Positions 52,701-64,000 of a stretch of DNA of 64,000 nt are shown here, piece after piece. Under the pieces are notes generated by a model, which ran no database searches, was not told the DNA's origin, and worked only from the letters and a program-made list of their open reading frames with translations. The stretch covers positions 16,165,813-16,229,812 of the forward strand of contig NC_069006.1 in NCBI RefSeq assembly GCF_001194135.2. Direction: 5' to 3'. Source of the stretch: Octopus bimaculoides. Lineage: Eukaryota. Made by a program: the position numbers and the translations under genes. How positions within the stretch are numbered: the stretch's first letter is position 1; each line of letters begins with the position of its first letter.

Positions 52701-53009
52701 CTAAAATGCCAAAACTACTTTACTACCATTTGCCGACCATTGTAGTCTGGATGTAATCAGCCGAGATAAATTTAGACAGAGAGACCAGAGACAAAATAGA
52801 CAACACCCAGAAGTGTCTAGAGATGGTTGTATTGTTGTGGGATGTTATATTTAGACTTAAATCAGTTTATTATCAGACAAATGGTGAAAGGTACTCCAGC
52901 CATGACCAACCCATCTTTTTATCTTTTTTCCATTTTTTTTTTTCATTTTTTCAGGTATGATGGACACTCTTGATAAGCATCCTTTTGTTCGATCAATTGA
53001 ATAAACTCA

Positions 53010-53172
53010 TCAAAAACGAAGTTCTACATTTACAACACATCAGTTCTCTCCATTTTCCTCTATGGAGCAGAAACATGCCCCCTCTCGAAGACCCTGGCAA
53101 AGAGGATTGATGACTTCAATAGCAGAGCCCTGAGAACCATCGCAAGACATCAGATGGTACCATCATGTTTCC

Positions 53173-53210
<38 letters not shown>

Positions 53211-53390
53211 GACACACACACACACACACACACACACAATTACATGACACACCAGCTCTTTCAGCTTTCATCACAGAGGAAAACAACAAATCAGTACATT
53301 TGGCAGAGAAAGTATACCAATCAACAAACATTACATGATCCATCTTGGATAGCATCAGTCTATGCCAGGGGTGGTAAAATACAGTACCAG
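53010..53390 (+). mobile_element. RTE-clade LINE fragment interrupted by (CA)n
   Basis: KTKFYIYNTSVLSIFLYGAETCPLSKTLAKRIDDFNSRALRTIARH. Confidence 0.75.
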
Positions 53391-53498
53391 TCACATACTG
53401 AGGTTGATTTAATTAGCTGAGACTGGTATCTCCCAAATGAATCTTCTTAGTTCTGCTTGTGCTTTAGGGGAAGACAGGAGTGTAAACTTCAACTGTTG

Positions 53499-53697
53499 CA
53501 ATATTCCTGTTAGGAGCAATGATACCTTCACCACCCTGCCAGTTATTAGCTTTGAAAGGCATTATAATGGGACAATGCCACAAATTCTACAATTAATGGA
53601 ATACATGACATGTCTATAATCATCGTCAATGAAGTTGACAGAAGGCATTACAAAGCATGTTCAATTATTGCAACATATGCTTCACCGAGAAATATCA
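53499..53697 (+). repeat. Donor copy of a 199-bp local duplication
   Basis: Differs from 55224-55422 at only 2 positions. Confidence 0.9.
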
Positions 53698-55008
53698 TAT
53701 CATCAATCATCCCAAATCAATAATGAACAAAAAAAAAAGGAAAAAGGAAACAAAATAAAAATAGAACTGATTAAACAAGTGAGTGAATGAGTTAGTGAAA
53801 TGAGTAACAGAATGAATGAGTGAAATATTAAGTGAGAAAGAAATAAAGGAGGAGAAAATAAATGAGTAGAAGAGAGGGTGAATGGATGATGAAACAAGTG
53901 GAAGAGTGAGTGAATAAGAGAACAAGTGAGCCAAATAAATGAGAAATTTGAGTGTGTGTGTGTGTGAGTGTGTGTGTGTGTGTGTGTGAGTGTGTGTGTG
54001 AGTGTGAGTGGAGTGATATTCCTTTCTGTGAGTATGAAAGCATTTCACCAAATTGAAATAAGTAATGAACGACAGAATAGGAGAAAAGAAAAAGAAAGGA
54101 TACTCTAGAACAAGAGAAGAAATGGGTTGTTGGTGGGGGAGGGGGGGTCTGGAGAGGTGGAATATAACAGGAAAAAGGAACCCATTCCCCAGCACCACCA
54201 CCACCACCTGCTACAACCAATAAATATTTAATCACTTTTGTAAAAGGGAAGTAGGGTAATAATTCTATTGTAGGTGTTATTCTTATATGGTGAATGTAGA
54301 TTCCGTATATGCGTGCAAAGATGTCGTATTAACACATTTTGTGCAGAAGGCAAGGGGTGGAGGGAAGTATCAGATGTAATTGTGAACAATAAAGATGATA
54401 ATTTGGAGGGAAAAATATATATATACTGGTATGCAAATGGGTTTTATGTAGCAGACAAATATAATTAAGAAATAAATTAGAAAATAATAAAAAGAAATTA
54501 ATAATAATAATAATAATAATAACAATAATAATAATGATAATAATAATGGTCCCAAATTTTGGCACAAAGCCAGCAATTTCAAGGGAAGGGGACAAATCAA
54601 TTACATCAACTTAGCATTCAACTGGTACTTGTTTTATTGACCCCACAATGATGAAGGACAAAGTGAACCTCGGTGGAATTTGAACTCAGACCATAAGGAT
54701 AGACAAAATAATGGGGGAGCATCAGAGCCATGAGTTGAGAGGAATTCTTTTGGGGTCTGAATAATTCACCTCTGGAAACATAGGTGTTTTGTTCAACATC
54801 CTTAAACAACCCTTATTCAGGGACCCCGAGAAAATTCTAACTGCTCTCCACCTGCAAGGTCTTGCACTGTTTATCTTGATATGAGATCACTATGTTGCAC
54901 ACATATGCCTGATGTACCCTTATCCGATGGGTAGTCATGATGGGTATATTGGGCTTCATAAATTTGTACCCTAGTGTCACTTTGATGGTCTACATTGTTC
55001 TCTCACTC

Positions 55009-55045
<37 letters not shown>

Positions 55046-55223
55046 TACTTTTATTTATTTGCCACCAAGGCAGCTAACAAAAGGAGTATAACAGTGTGGT
55101 GGAGTTTATGTAGAAAATGACTTGACAGAAAAAATAGGAAATGAAAAGTATACACAATATACAAACATATCTTATTTTTTATCATTTACTTATTCCATTC
55201 ATTTGACTGTGGTCATGCTGTAA

Positions 55224-55422
55224 CAATATTCCTGTTAGGAGCAATGATACCTTCACCACCCTGCCAGTTATTAGCTTTGAAAGGCATTATAATGGGACAA
55301 TGCCACAAATTCTACAACTAATGGAATACATGACATGTCTATAATCATCGCCAATGAAGTTGACAGAAGGCATTACAAAGCATGTTCAATTATTGCAACA
55401 TATGCTTCACCGAGAAATATCA
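55224..55422 (+). repeat. 199-bp duplicated segment inserted inside a minus-strand family A SINE
   Basis: SINE sequence ...gtggtcatgctg precedes it and aacaaattgac... follows it. Confidence 0.9.
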
Positions 55423-56506
55423 AACAAATTGACTGCAAAATTTATCTTTTCAAACTTAGTACTTATCCTATCAGTCTCTTTTGCTGAACCACTAAGTTAC
55501 AGGGATGTAAACACACCAACACCAGTTGTCAAGCAGTGATGGTGGTGGGGACAAACACAGACATAAACACACACACACACACACACACATATATATGACA
55601 GGTTTCTTTCAGTTTCCGTCTACCAAATACACTCATAAGGCTTTGCTTGGCCCGAGACTATAGTGGAAGATATTTGCCCAAGGTGGGACTGGACCTCGAA
55701 CCATGTGGTTGGAAAGCAAGCTTCTTACCACACAGCCACACTTGCGCCTATGTTTACTCGTCATCATCATGGGTGCTTTCCATGTGTCACCAACATGGAT
55801 GCCTCCTTTGTGTCACTGGCACGGGTGCCTTTTACGTGTCACCGGCACAGGTGCTTTCTACATGTCACCAGCACAGGTACCTCCCACATGACACAGGCAA
55901 GGGTGCCCTCTACATGTCACTAACACTGGCCATGACTACAATTTCACTTGACTTGATGTGTCTTCTCAAGCACAGCAAATCACCAAAGGTCTCAATCACT
56001 TGTCATTGCCTCCATGGGACTTAACATCTAAAAATCATGCTTCACCACCTCGTCTCATGTCTTCCTGGCTCCACCTCTTCCACAGATTCTCTCCACACTT
56101 AGAGATTAACACTTCATTACACTAATTACAATATCAATGATATTCTAACATGATTAAGAACCTACAAAACGAGCTCCCCAATCCTTTAGCAGCACTTACT
56201 CCTTTCTTTACTTCTCGCCACCCATCAGAACGGTTGGAAGGCAATGTTGACTTGTGGGATTTGGGATCAAATAATAATAATACTAATAATAATTGGTTTC
56301 TGATTTAGGCACAAAGTCAACAATTTTTGAGGAAGTGGGTTAACTGATACCATCAACCCTGGTACTCCACTGGTATTGTGTTTTATCGACTCCAAAAAAG
56401 GATGAAAGGCAAAGTCAGCTTTCAGGGGCCACAAAGAAGTGAAACAAATACTGAAGTATCTTTTTCTGACACCTTAACAATTTTGCCAGCTCACCACCCT
56501 GCTGCT

Positions 56507-56537
<31 letters not shown>

Positions 56538-57224
56538 ATGATGAGGATATCCAATATACATCATGGCAAAGTATAGTAACTTAAATCAACCCGAGAAAGG
56601 ATAGGATGAATGGATGGATGGATGGATGGATGGATATGTGGGTGAGTGGGTGAAGAAGAAAAAAGTGATAGAAACAGAGAGAGAGAGGGGGGGGGAAGAG
56701 ACGGACAGACAGCTGAGAAATCTAACAGTAAAAGACAGAACTTCCGTTACTACCAAGGTGATAATGGTCACTAGTAGTAACACTAAAAATATAAATTATT
56801 TCCAAAAATATCACAACAGAAAAAGTTATTGCCACTACAGGTTACACAGTTCAGAGTTCCTTCAAGCTAGTATGTGTTTACTGGTGTTAGAATTGGTGTT
56901 GTTTGTTGTCTAACACCAGGTCAAAACTGATTCGGCAGACCTATGATCAAAAGTATTCTGTCTAATTTAGGGATATCGAGACTACATCATCCAATGAGAC
57001 CCTGTAAAGATAGAATGGCATAATTGAGCTGCTATTTTTAGCAGATTGAGCAATCACATAGTGCCTCCTTTATTGCTATCGTTGCTGTTATTTTAAGTGG
57101 TGATGGTGCTGTTAATGATATTGGTGTTGTTTTATTGATGGTGGGTGGTGATTTGTTGTTTAGCTCAAGTCAGGCTTGATTGAGTAGAAAAGGCACTCAA
57201 ACCATAACGTGTGTGCGCGCGCGT

Positions 57225-57275
<51 letters not shown>

Positions 57276-58046
57276 GGCACACACACGTGCGCCTGTTTTA
57301 CTACGTTATCTGATGTGTCTTTTCCTCTTTTTGAGATGGTAGGATAAATTTCAAGGAGATTTAGTTGCTATTTCTAACAAGTTGGTGTTAACTACAATTG
57401 AATGCCTGTATCTGTGTTTGTGTGTTTAATTCTATCTCAGTTTTTTGGTTTGCTTGTAGTGAAAGGAATGACTATAAACTATTGCTTTTATAAGCAAAAT
57501 GCTGCTATCCAAGCCAAGCCAAGCAGGTCAGGACTGGCAGAAATACCAACGCTGGTTGCTGCAGATACACTTTTTGCTGATGTAGTTTTTTTTTTTCTTT
57601 TTATCTTTTGTTTTCTGCTTGGAAACTATGACTATTTGTCTAGATTCTAATGCATGATTTGTTAATTTATCAATCAAGCTTATGAGAAACACTACTGAAG
57701 AGACAGACCTTTGATTTATTTCAACACTGCTTGTAAAACTTTTTTTAACTGTACTTGTGTTTTTTTTTTGTTGTTGTTTTTCTTTCTTTCTTTCTTTCTT
57801 TCTTTCTTTCATCTACTTTGTCTTCTAATTGCATTCAAGCAATAATTAGTGAGGTGGGGAGATCAGCAGTAACCAAGTGGTTAATATATAGGTTTTTCTT
57901 CTCAGCCGTGTCAAGTTAACAATTTCTTCTCTTCTTTCTTGCTGCTGTGTTTTCTTCCGGAAACAGGGAGAAATGTGCAACAGGGAAGGGAAAAATTTGT
58001 AAGGCACATTATCTCAGCATCAACAACTATTCTTGTTGTACAATAC

Positions 58047-58125
58047 CTAAGATGACCATGATTGAGCAGGTCTATGATCGAAAGTAGTGCAGCCATAATT
58101 GTTTCATGTTTTAAGAGTAACTCAT
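58047..58125 (-). CDS. Weak candidate exon (79 nt, phase 1-2)
   Basis: Acceptor gtcctgttttaataaAG, donor TAG|gtattg; single open frame (D)ELLLKHETIMAALLSIIDLLNHGHL(R), amphipathic-helix-like. Confidence 0.3.
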
Positions 58126-58268
58126 CTTTATTAAAACAGGACACAAACAAATTGAGGCAGATTTGGTTGTTGCTTCTTGTGGGTTCAAAACTCTGATCAC
58201 AGTTGAATAGGACAAAAGAGAAAGAGAATGACTCAACTCACTCTGCAGAACACAACAGTCTCTTAGGC

Positions 58269-58583
58269 CAGGGGTTTTCAAACTGTGGTCCGCAGACCAC
58301 AGGGGGTCCGCAGACCACAGGGGGTCCGCAAGGACAAGACAGGGGGTCCGTAGACAGTAAATACTTTTTATGGGCAATTTGATTTTATATATGTTTTTTA
58401 ATCGAAATCTTTTAATTGACAATAAACCTATTTGTTAAATACTGTTAAATAAATAAATGTAAAAATATATGTTATTTTAAGCAAATATTTATGTATAAAT
58501 TTCATAAGCGTTTATAAGGGGGTCCCTAAGGTAAAGTCTGAAATATAAAGGGGTCCGCAAGTCAAAAAGTTTGAAAACCTCTG
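58269..58583 (+). mobile_element. hAT-superfamily MITE with 8-bp target site duplication
   Basis: TIRs caggggttttcaaac / gtttgaaaacctctg; perfect TSD TCTTAGGC at 58261-58268 and 58584-58591; subterminal gggtccgc repeats. Confidence 0.92.
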
Positions 58584-59331
58584 TCTTAGGCTGCTAGAAA
58601 TCAGAAACAAATCTCTTACATCACATTCCTTTAGCATTTAAACAGGTCATATCCAACCCAAATATTCTACGTGATTTATGTTCAAACTGTCAAGTATTTA
58701 TCAACCCAGAAGGAAGAAGGACATTTAGACCAGTTATATCCAACCCAGAATATTCTACCTGTTTTATGTTCAAACTGTCAATATCTGGCCTCTCACATCT
58801 ACCATGCAATGTCATTCAAAAAATATACAATGACATCGTTGAAATCTCAAAGTTACAAGATAATGCATGATTAATTCAAAACAGTGTAAATTAAGAAGTA
58901 TTAAATCTAACAGAATAATCTGAGTGCTAAAGGGTTAAACTCGGGACACAAAGTACTAAAAATTGTAATTGCAATGCAGCTCCTATGAAGCTCTGATGAT
59001 CTGCTATTTCACTGCCTAGAAATCGCCCTCACATCAGACTTTACCATCTAAGAAAAAGAAGAAGAAGAAAAGTACTAATGTACTCCTCGATATATTATGT
59101 CTCAAAGAAAGATGTGATTATTACGAGAGAAATACCTCTGACCACAGGGTTGATCAGAGCTAGCTCGGATCTAAACAACTAAAACACAGCAAAGGGAAAA
59201 TATTTGAAAAATGAAAGGTAAAAAAGAAAACTATCCTAAGATATCTTCATTACACTGGTTCTTAGTAAGATGAGTAGACTAGGAGTGGTATACTATGGTT
59301 ATGAATTGGTTAGAAATATGCTCTTTCATTC

Positions 59332-59732
59332 CTTTACTTGTTTCAGTCATTTGACTGCGGCCATGCTGGAGTACCGCCTTTAGTCGAATCAAATCGACCC
59401 CAGGACTTATTCTTTGTAAGCCTAGTACTTATTCTATCGGTCTCTTTTTGCCGAACCGCTAAGTTACAGGGACCTAAACACACCAGCATCGGTTGTCAAG
59501 CGATGTTGGGGGGACAAACACAGATACACAACATATACACACATACATATATATATATGTATACATATATATACGACAAGCTTCTTTCAGTTTCCGTCTA
59601 CCAAATCCACTAACTAGGCTTTGGTCGGCCTGAGGCTATAGTAGAAGACACTTGCCCAAGGTGCCACGCAGTGGGACTGAACCCAGAACCATGTGGTTGG
59701 TAAGCAAGCTACTTACTACACAGCCACTCCTG
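59332..59732 (-). mobile_element. SINE family A
   Basis: Full-length reverse-complement copy. Confidence 0.85.
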
Positions 59733-61201
59733 AAAAACATAAAATATATATATTAAAAAGTAAAGAGAGTTGCCGTTCATATTGTTTGGTATCAGATCAG
59801 CTGTGATTGGATAAACCATGACAAATAAGTAAGTGAGTCTAAGACTACAATATCCAATATCTCCTTTAGAAGGGTGTCTGTTATTTCCAAGTGGTCAAGC
59901 AACCACATTTGTAAGGCTACAACGAAGCAGTAACGGTTTCAAATGGCGACACTTTGTCGAAGAAGAAAGATAAAAATAAATCATATATGTTTATGTGTAT
60001 GTGCATATCTATGTATATGTGTGGGGGTTTATACAGGTGCTGTTTTATGTGCTTGCGTGAGTGTGTGCGTTTGAGTGTACATATGTAATAAAAATGCCGC
60101 TTTGTGTTTGTGTGTGTGTGAGGGCCACTAATAATCTGTTCTTCAATTTTACTGACATAATGACCACTCAAACCCGATTTCTGTACACGTCTTAGCAACA
60201 GAAAGATTTTAGCAGCAGTAAAAAAAGAAGAAAAAAAACACTTAACTCAGTTAAGCCTGTTAAGAAATTGACAATAGGCACCTAATAGAAATAAAATTTA
60301 TATTACTATTATTGTCATCATCATCATCATCATCACCATCACCCCCACCATCATCATTAACATATAATAAAAATAAATTATTATTATTATTATCACCACC
60401 ACCACCATCATCATCATCGTTATCATAGAAATAAATTATTATTATCATCATCATTATCATCACCACCACCATCATCATATAAACAAAATATATAAAACAA
60501 ATAAAAGCAGAATGGACAAAAAAAAAGGCTATACTATTGCATTAGTTAGATGTTTGATCTTATAGTTAGCTACAGAACACTTATACTCATTGCAAAGATC
60601 TCAGTTAATAACGAGGGGGGTGTAGTAAATGTCTTTCTATAGATAAGAGAGAGAGGGGGGGAAGACACATACACAGATAGAGATAGAAAAGAGAGTAAGA
60701 GGAGAGAGACACAAAGAAAGCAATAGAAAGACACAGAGAGAGACATACATACAGAGACAGAGAGAGAGAAGACACATACATACACAAAGGGATAGAGAGA
60801 GAAAAGAGAGAAAGGGATAGAGATAGAAAAGAGAGAAAGGGAAGAGAGACGTATGGAAAGCAATAGAAAGAGAGACACAGAGAGTGAGCAAAAAAGAGTG
60901 AGCAAAAAAGAATGAGAGGGGGGGGCAGGTGTTGGAGAGGGTGAAAATAATCAATGAACCAATAATCAAACAATAAAAACAATTACTTTAAAAATAGAGA
61001 AAAAAACACGTTACAAATAAACGAGTTAAAAATACAAAATCAAGGCTAAAGGGGAGAATCTGTGGCCTCAGCTTTTTAGAAAGAGCAGTCAAATCACTCT
61101 CAGACCACACCTTAGTGTGGTAAGATAGGAAGGACATTTGGATTAAAGTGGCCCTAGATACATAACGTATTTGAACAAGAAGGAAAAAATGATTATGACT
61201 A

Positions 61202-61586
61202 TGTTGTTGGCACTCCGTCGCTTACGACGTCAAGGGTTCCAGTTGGTCCGATCAACGGAACAGCCTGCTCGTGAAATTAACGTGCAAGTGGCTGAGCACT
61301 CCACAGACATGTGTACCCTTCATGTAGTTCTCGGGGATATTCAGCGTGACACAGTGTGACAAGGCTGACCCTTTGAATTACAGGCACAACAGAAACAGGA
61401 AGTAAGAGTGAGAGAAAGTTTTGGTGGAAGAGTACAGCAGAGTTCGCCACCATCCCCTGCCAGATGCCTCGTGGAGCTTTAGGTGTTTTCGCTCAATAAA
61501 CACTCACAGCGCCCGGTCTGGGAATTGAAACCGCGATCCTATGACCGCGAGTCCGCAGCCCTAACCACTTGGCCATTGCACTTCCA
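61202..61586 (-). mobile_element. tRNA-derived SINE family B
   Basis: Reverse-complement copy similar to 18353-18733. Confidence 0.85.
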
Positions 61587-61814
61587 CTGAAATGATCACA
61601 ACCAGATAACAAATGTGATAGCAATAACTTCATTCCTTTATTTATTTCAGGTTAAACTCTGTGTTTGAAGTAAATCCCCCGGATTTACAGTTTGTGTGGT
61701 ATACCTTACTTTACTGGATCATTTTTTCACCCATACATGCTATTAGCTAGTATCTGTACGAGACCTGACTGAGGTAATCACCTGGATTTCATGCATCCAC
61801 CTTTACATACTATG

Positions 61815-61854
<40 letters not shown>

Positions 61855-62618
61855 ACTCTATGAGTATAATGACTAAACGATATTAATAGATGGTTCAACA
61901 TTCATTTTGGTAAAAAAAAAAATTATTTTTTACTTCTTAATTTTTATTTTTTTATTTTATTTTTAACTTTATCTTGAAATTCAACAAAGACACCAGGTCT
62001 TTGTTTGGTTTTGTTTTGTTTGTTTTTTAACAAATCATGAAACTTAGAAATAATAAATAAAAAAAAAACTTTTGGAATCAGATTTTAGAAACTAGATTCA
62101 ATTAAATTCTACATCTTAAAAGGATTTTGTTTATTATATGTGTGTGTGTTTGTATATTTTTTTCCCCTTTTTAGTTGAAGGAATCAATAGAACTGATCAA
62201 GCAATGATTTCTTACATAAATAAGCAGCAGCGGCAGTCTGAAAGCTCGGAACTTTTATAGATTGGAGAAGGAAAAATAGGAGAAAATTTATGAAATTTCC
62301 TCCTTCTGAAAAGCATTAAGTGCCATAAGTGAAACAGTTGCAAACTTAGTATTGAGATTGAAGTCACTTCACACAGTATGGTTTAACAAATAAAATAATA
62401 ATAATAATAATAATAATAAAAATTAAAAGAAGAGTGCCATTTGTTATCTTGGGAACAATATTTCGACATCTCGCGTGTCTTCCACTGGTTCGAAAAAGAA
62501 ATTTGTCAATCTACTTCATTTTGGTTAATATAGAAAGGATTGAGGTAACTCCTCCCATATAGAGTCAAAATTAAAAGAAGAGTGCCATTTGTTATCTTCG
62601 GAACAATATTTCGACATC

Positions 62619-63020
62619 AAAAACTGAGCAAATATAAAGATCTTGAAATAGAAATGAGCAAAATGTGGAACCTGAAGACTAAAACAATACCTATTGTCAT
62701 AGGTGCCCTAGGAATGATAGCGAAATGGGCTGATTACTACCTAGCTCAGATACCAGGAAACCCCAAAATGGCTGAAGTTCAAAAGATAGTGCTCATGGGA
62801 ACTGCCCATATCCTATGTAAAATACTGTCTATGTGATCTCAAATTCTAAAACGAACACATAATTTTCTTATGGTTTCTTAAACATTCTCTAGAACAACAC
62901 TATGTACAATATATGGTACCCTAGGCATAACACCTACAATAACTTCTATCTTGTTGTCTCTTGAGGTCTCTGGGTGAGACTTGGATCCAACTTGTACAAA
63001 TGCAAAGCAAAAGTCAAACA
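62619..63020 (+). mobile_element. R4/Dong-like retrotransposon 3' end and UTR between (TAA)n tracts
   Basis: KLSKYKDLEIEMSKMWNLKTKTIPIVIGALGMI...VQKIVLMGTAHILCKILSM*, then a UTR and (ATA)n from about 63023. Confidence 0.85.
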
Positions 63021-63023
63021 TAA

Positions 63024-63058
<35 letters not shown>

Positions 63059-63463
63059 CAACAATAATAGTAATAAATGGAAAGTGCAGGTAAGATGTAT
63101 CCCAGTAGTTATAAGTGTATTGGGAACTTAAAAGAAAAGTGGGACAAAAGAAAAGTAAAAGAAAAGTGGGACAAAGTGGTGGGAAAGGATCTTCAGACAT
63201 TGGGCCTCACAGAGGGGATGACTGGTGGTTTGTTGTACTTGAGAAGACACATCAAGCTCAGGGAAGTTATGGTTGTCTATGCATACAAGTTCTTTTACAG
63301 GGCTTAGAAAAACTGAACGACTGCTGCAATAAGTGTGTGAATCTGAGAGGGGAATAGGTTGAATAAAATCATAATTAACTGATCCTCCTGTATTTTTGTT
63401 TTACCCAAAGCCAGGAACTTTTCAGCAATTCATGCTAGCATGGAAGGCAGATATTAAACGATG

Positions 63464-63507
<44 letters not shown>

Positions 63508-63577
63508 TACATACATACACACACATACATACATACATACATACATACATACATACATACATACATACATACATACA

Positions 63578-63611
<34 letters not shown>

Positions 63612-64000
63612 CACATGCACATATATAAACACAAACACATATATTTAAGTGTTACCTAATTGGCTCAAAGTGTCTAATCTGTACAAGATATTTAAAGTGG
63701 TAACAAATATATATTTCACCATACATGGCAATTAAAAAGTCATTTTCCACATAGGCACAAGACCTCCACTCATAAGCTAATATTTCATCAATAAAACAAG
63801 GAAGCCTCTACATGGAGGTATGTTGTACTAGAAATAGCAGCCGGATGTTAGAACCTACTATCTTCAAAGTAAGAAGGACATGATGGCAAATTACTCCCAG
63901 ATGCTGTTAAAATGAGAGGATGATTATGCGTGGAATAGCTCTGATCATGTGTACAAATATTTACTAGACGCAGATTATATATATATATATATATATATAT

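Noticed and set aside
52935-52960. Plus-strand polyT-CAG|GTATGA recursive-site-like motif (similar tag|gtaaga at 40164)
   Set aside because: No plus-strand gene is supported, and the motif lies between repeat fragments.

Overview
AT-rich, repeat-dense animal genomic DNA from a short-read assembly with many N gaps, almost all bordered by microsatellites. The SINE repertoire looks like an Octopus genome (inference, not a database result). No prokaryotic features or CRISPR arrays are present. The window appears mostly intronic to a minus-strand protein-coding gene. Two exons are well supported (20935-21017 and 19894-20013; joined peptide LQLQGLLIGAIETCVGPKGQYIIMESK-GGKSLPPPMPRPLDHMISTLLGFISDGCSTARASCESSLQ, HEAT-like, gene not recognised), with further candidate exons near 12.5-12.7 kb, 37.9 kb, 40.1 kb and 58.1 kb. 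The rest is tRNA-derived SINEs of several families, one 5S rRNA-headed retroposon, remnants of Penelope-like (GIY-YIG), R4/Dong, HERO and RTE retrotransposons, and mariner and hAT MITEs. The most striking signal is a 352-bp structured unit at 24.6-25.5 kb carrying a minimal type I hammerhead ribozyme with a palindromic helix III. It occurs as one inverted copy plus tandem direct copies (retrozyme or Penelope pLTR architecture), next to other hammerhead-like elements at 22.9-23.6 kb. Most ORFs in the supplied track are microsatellite, gap or SINE artefacts.
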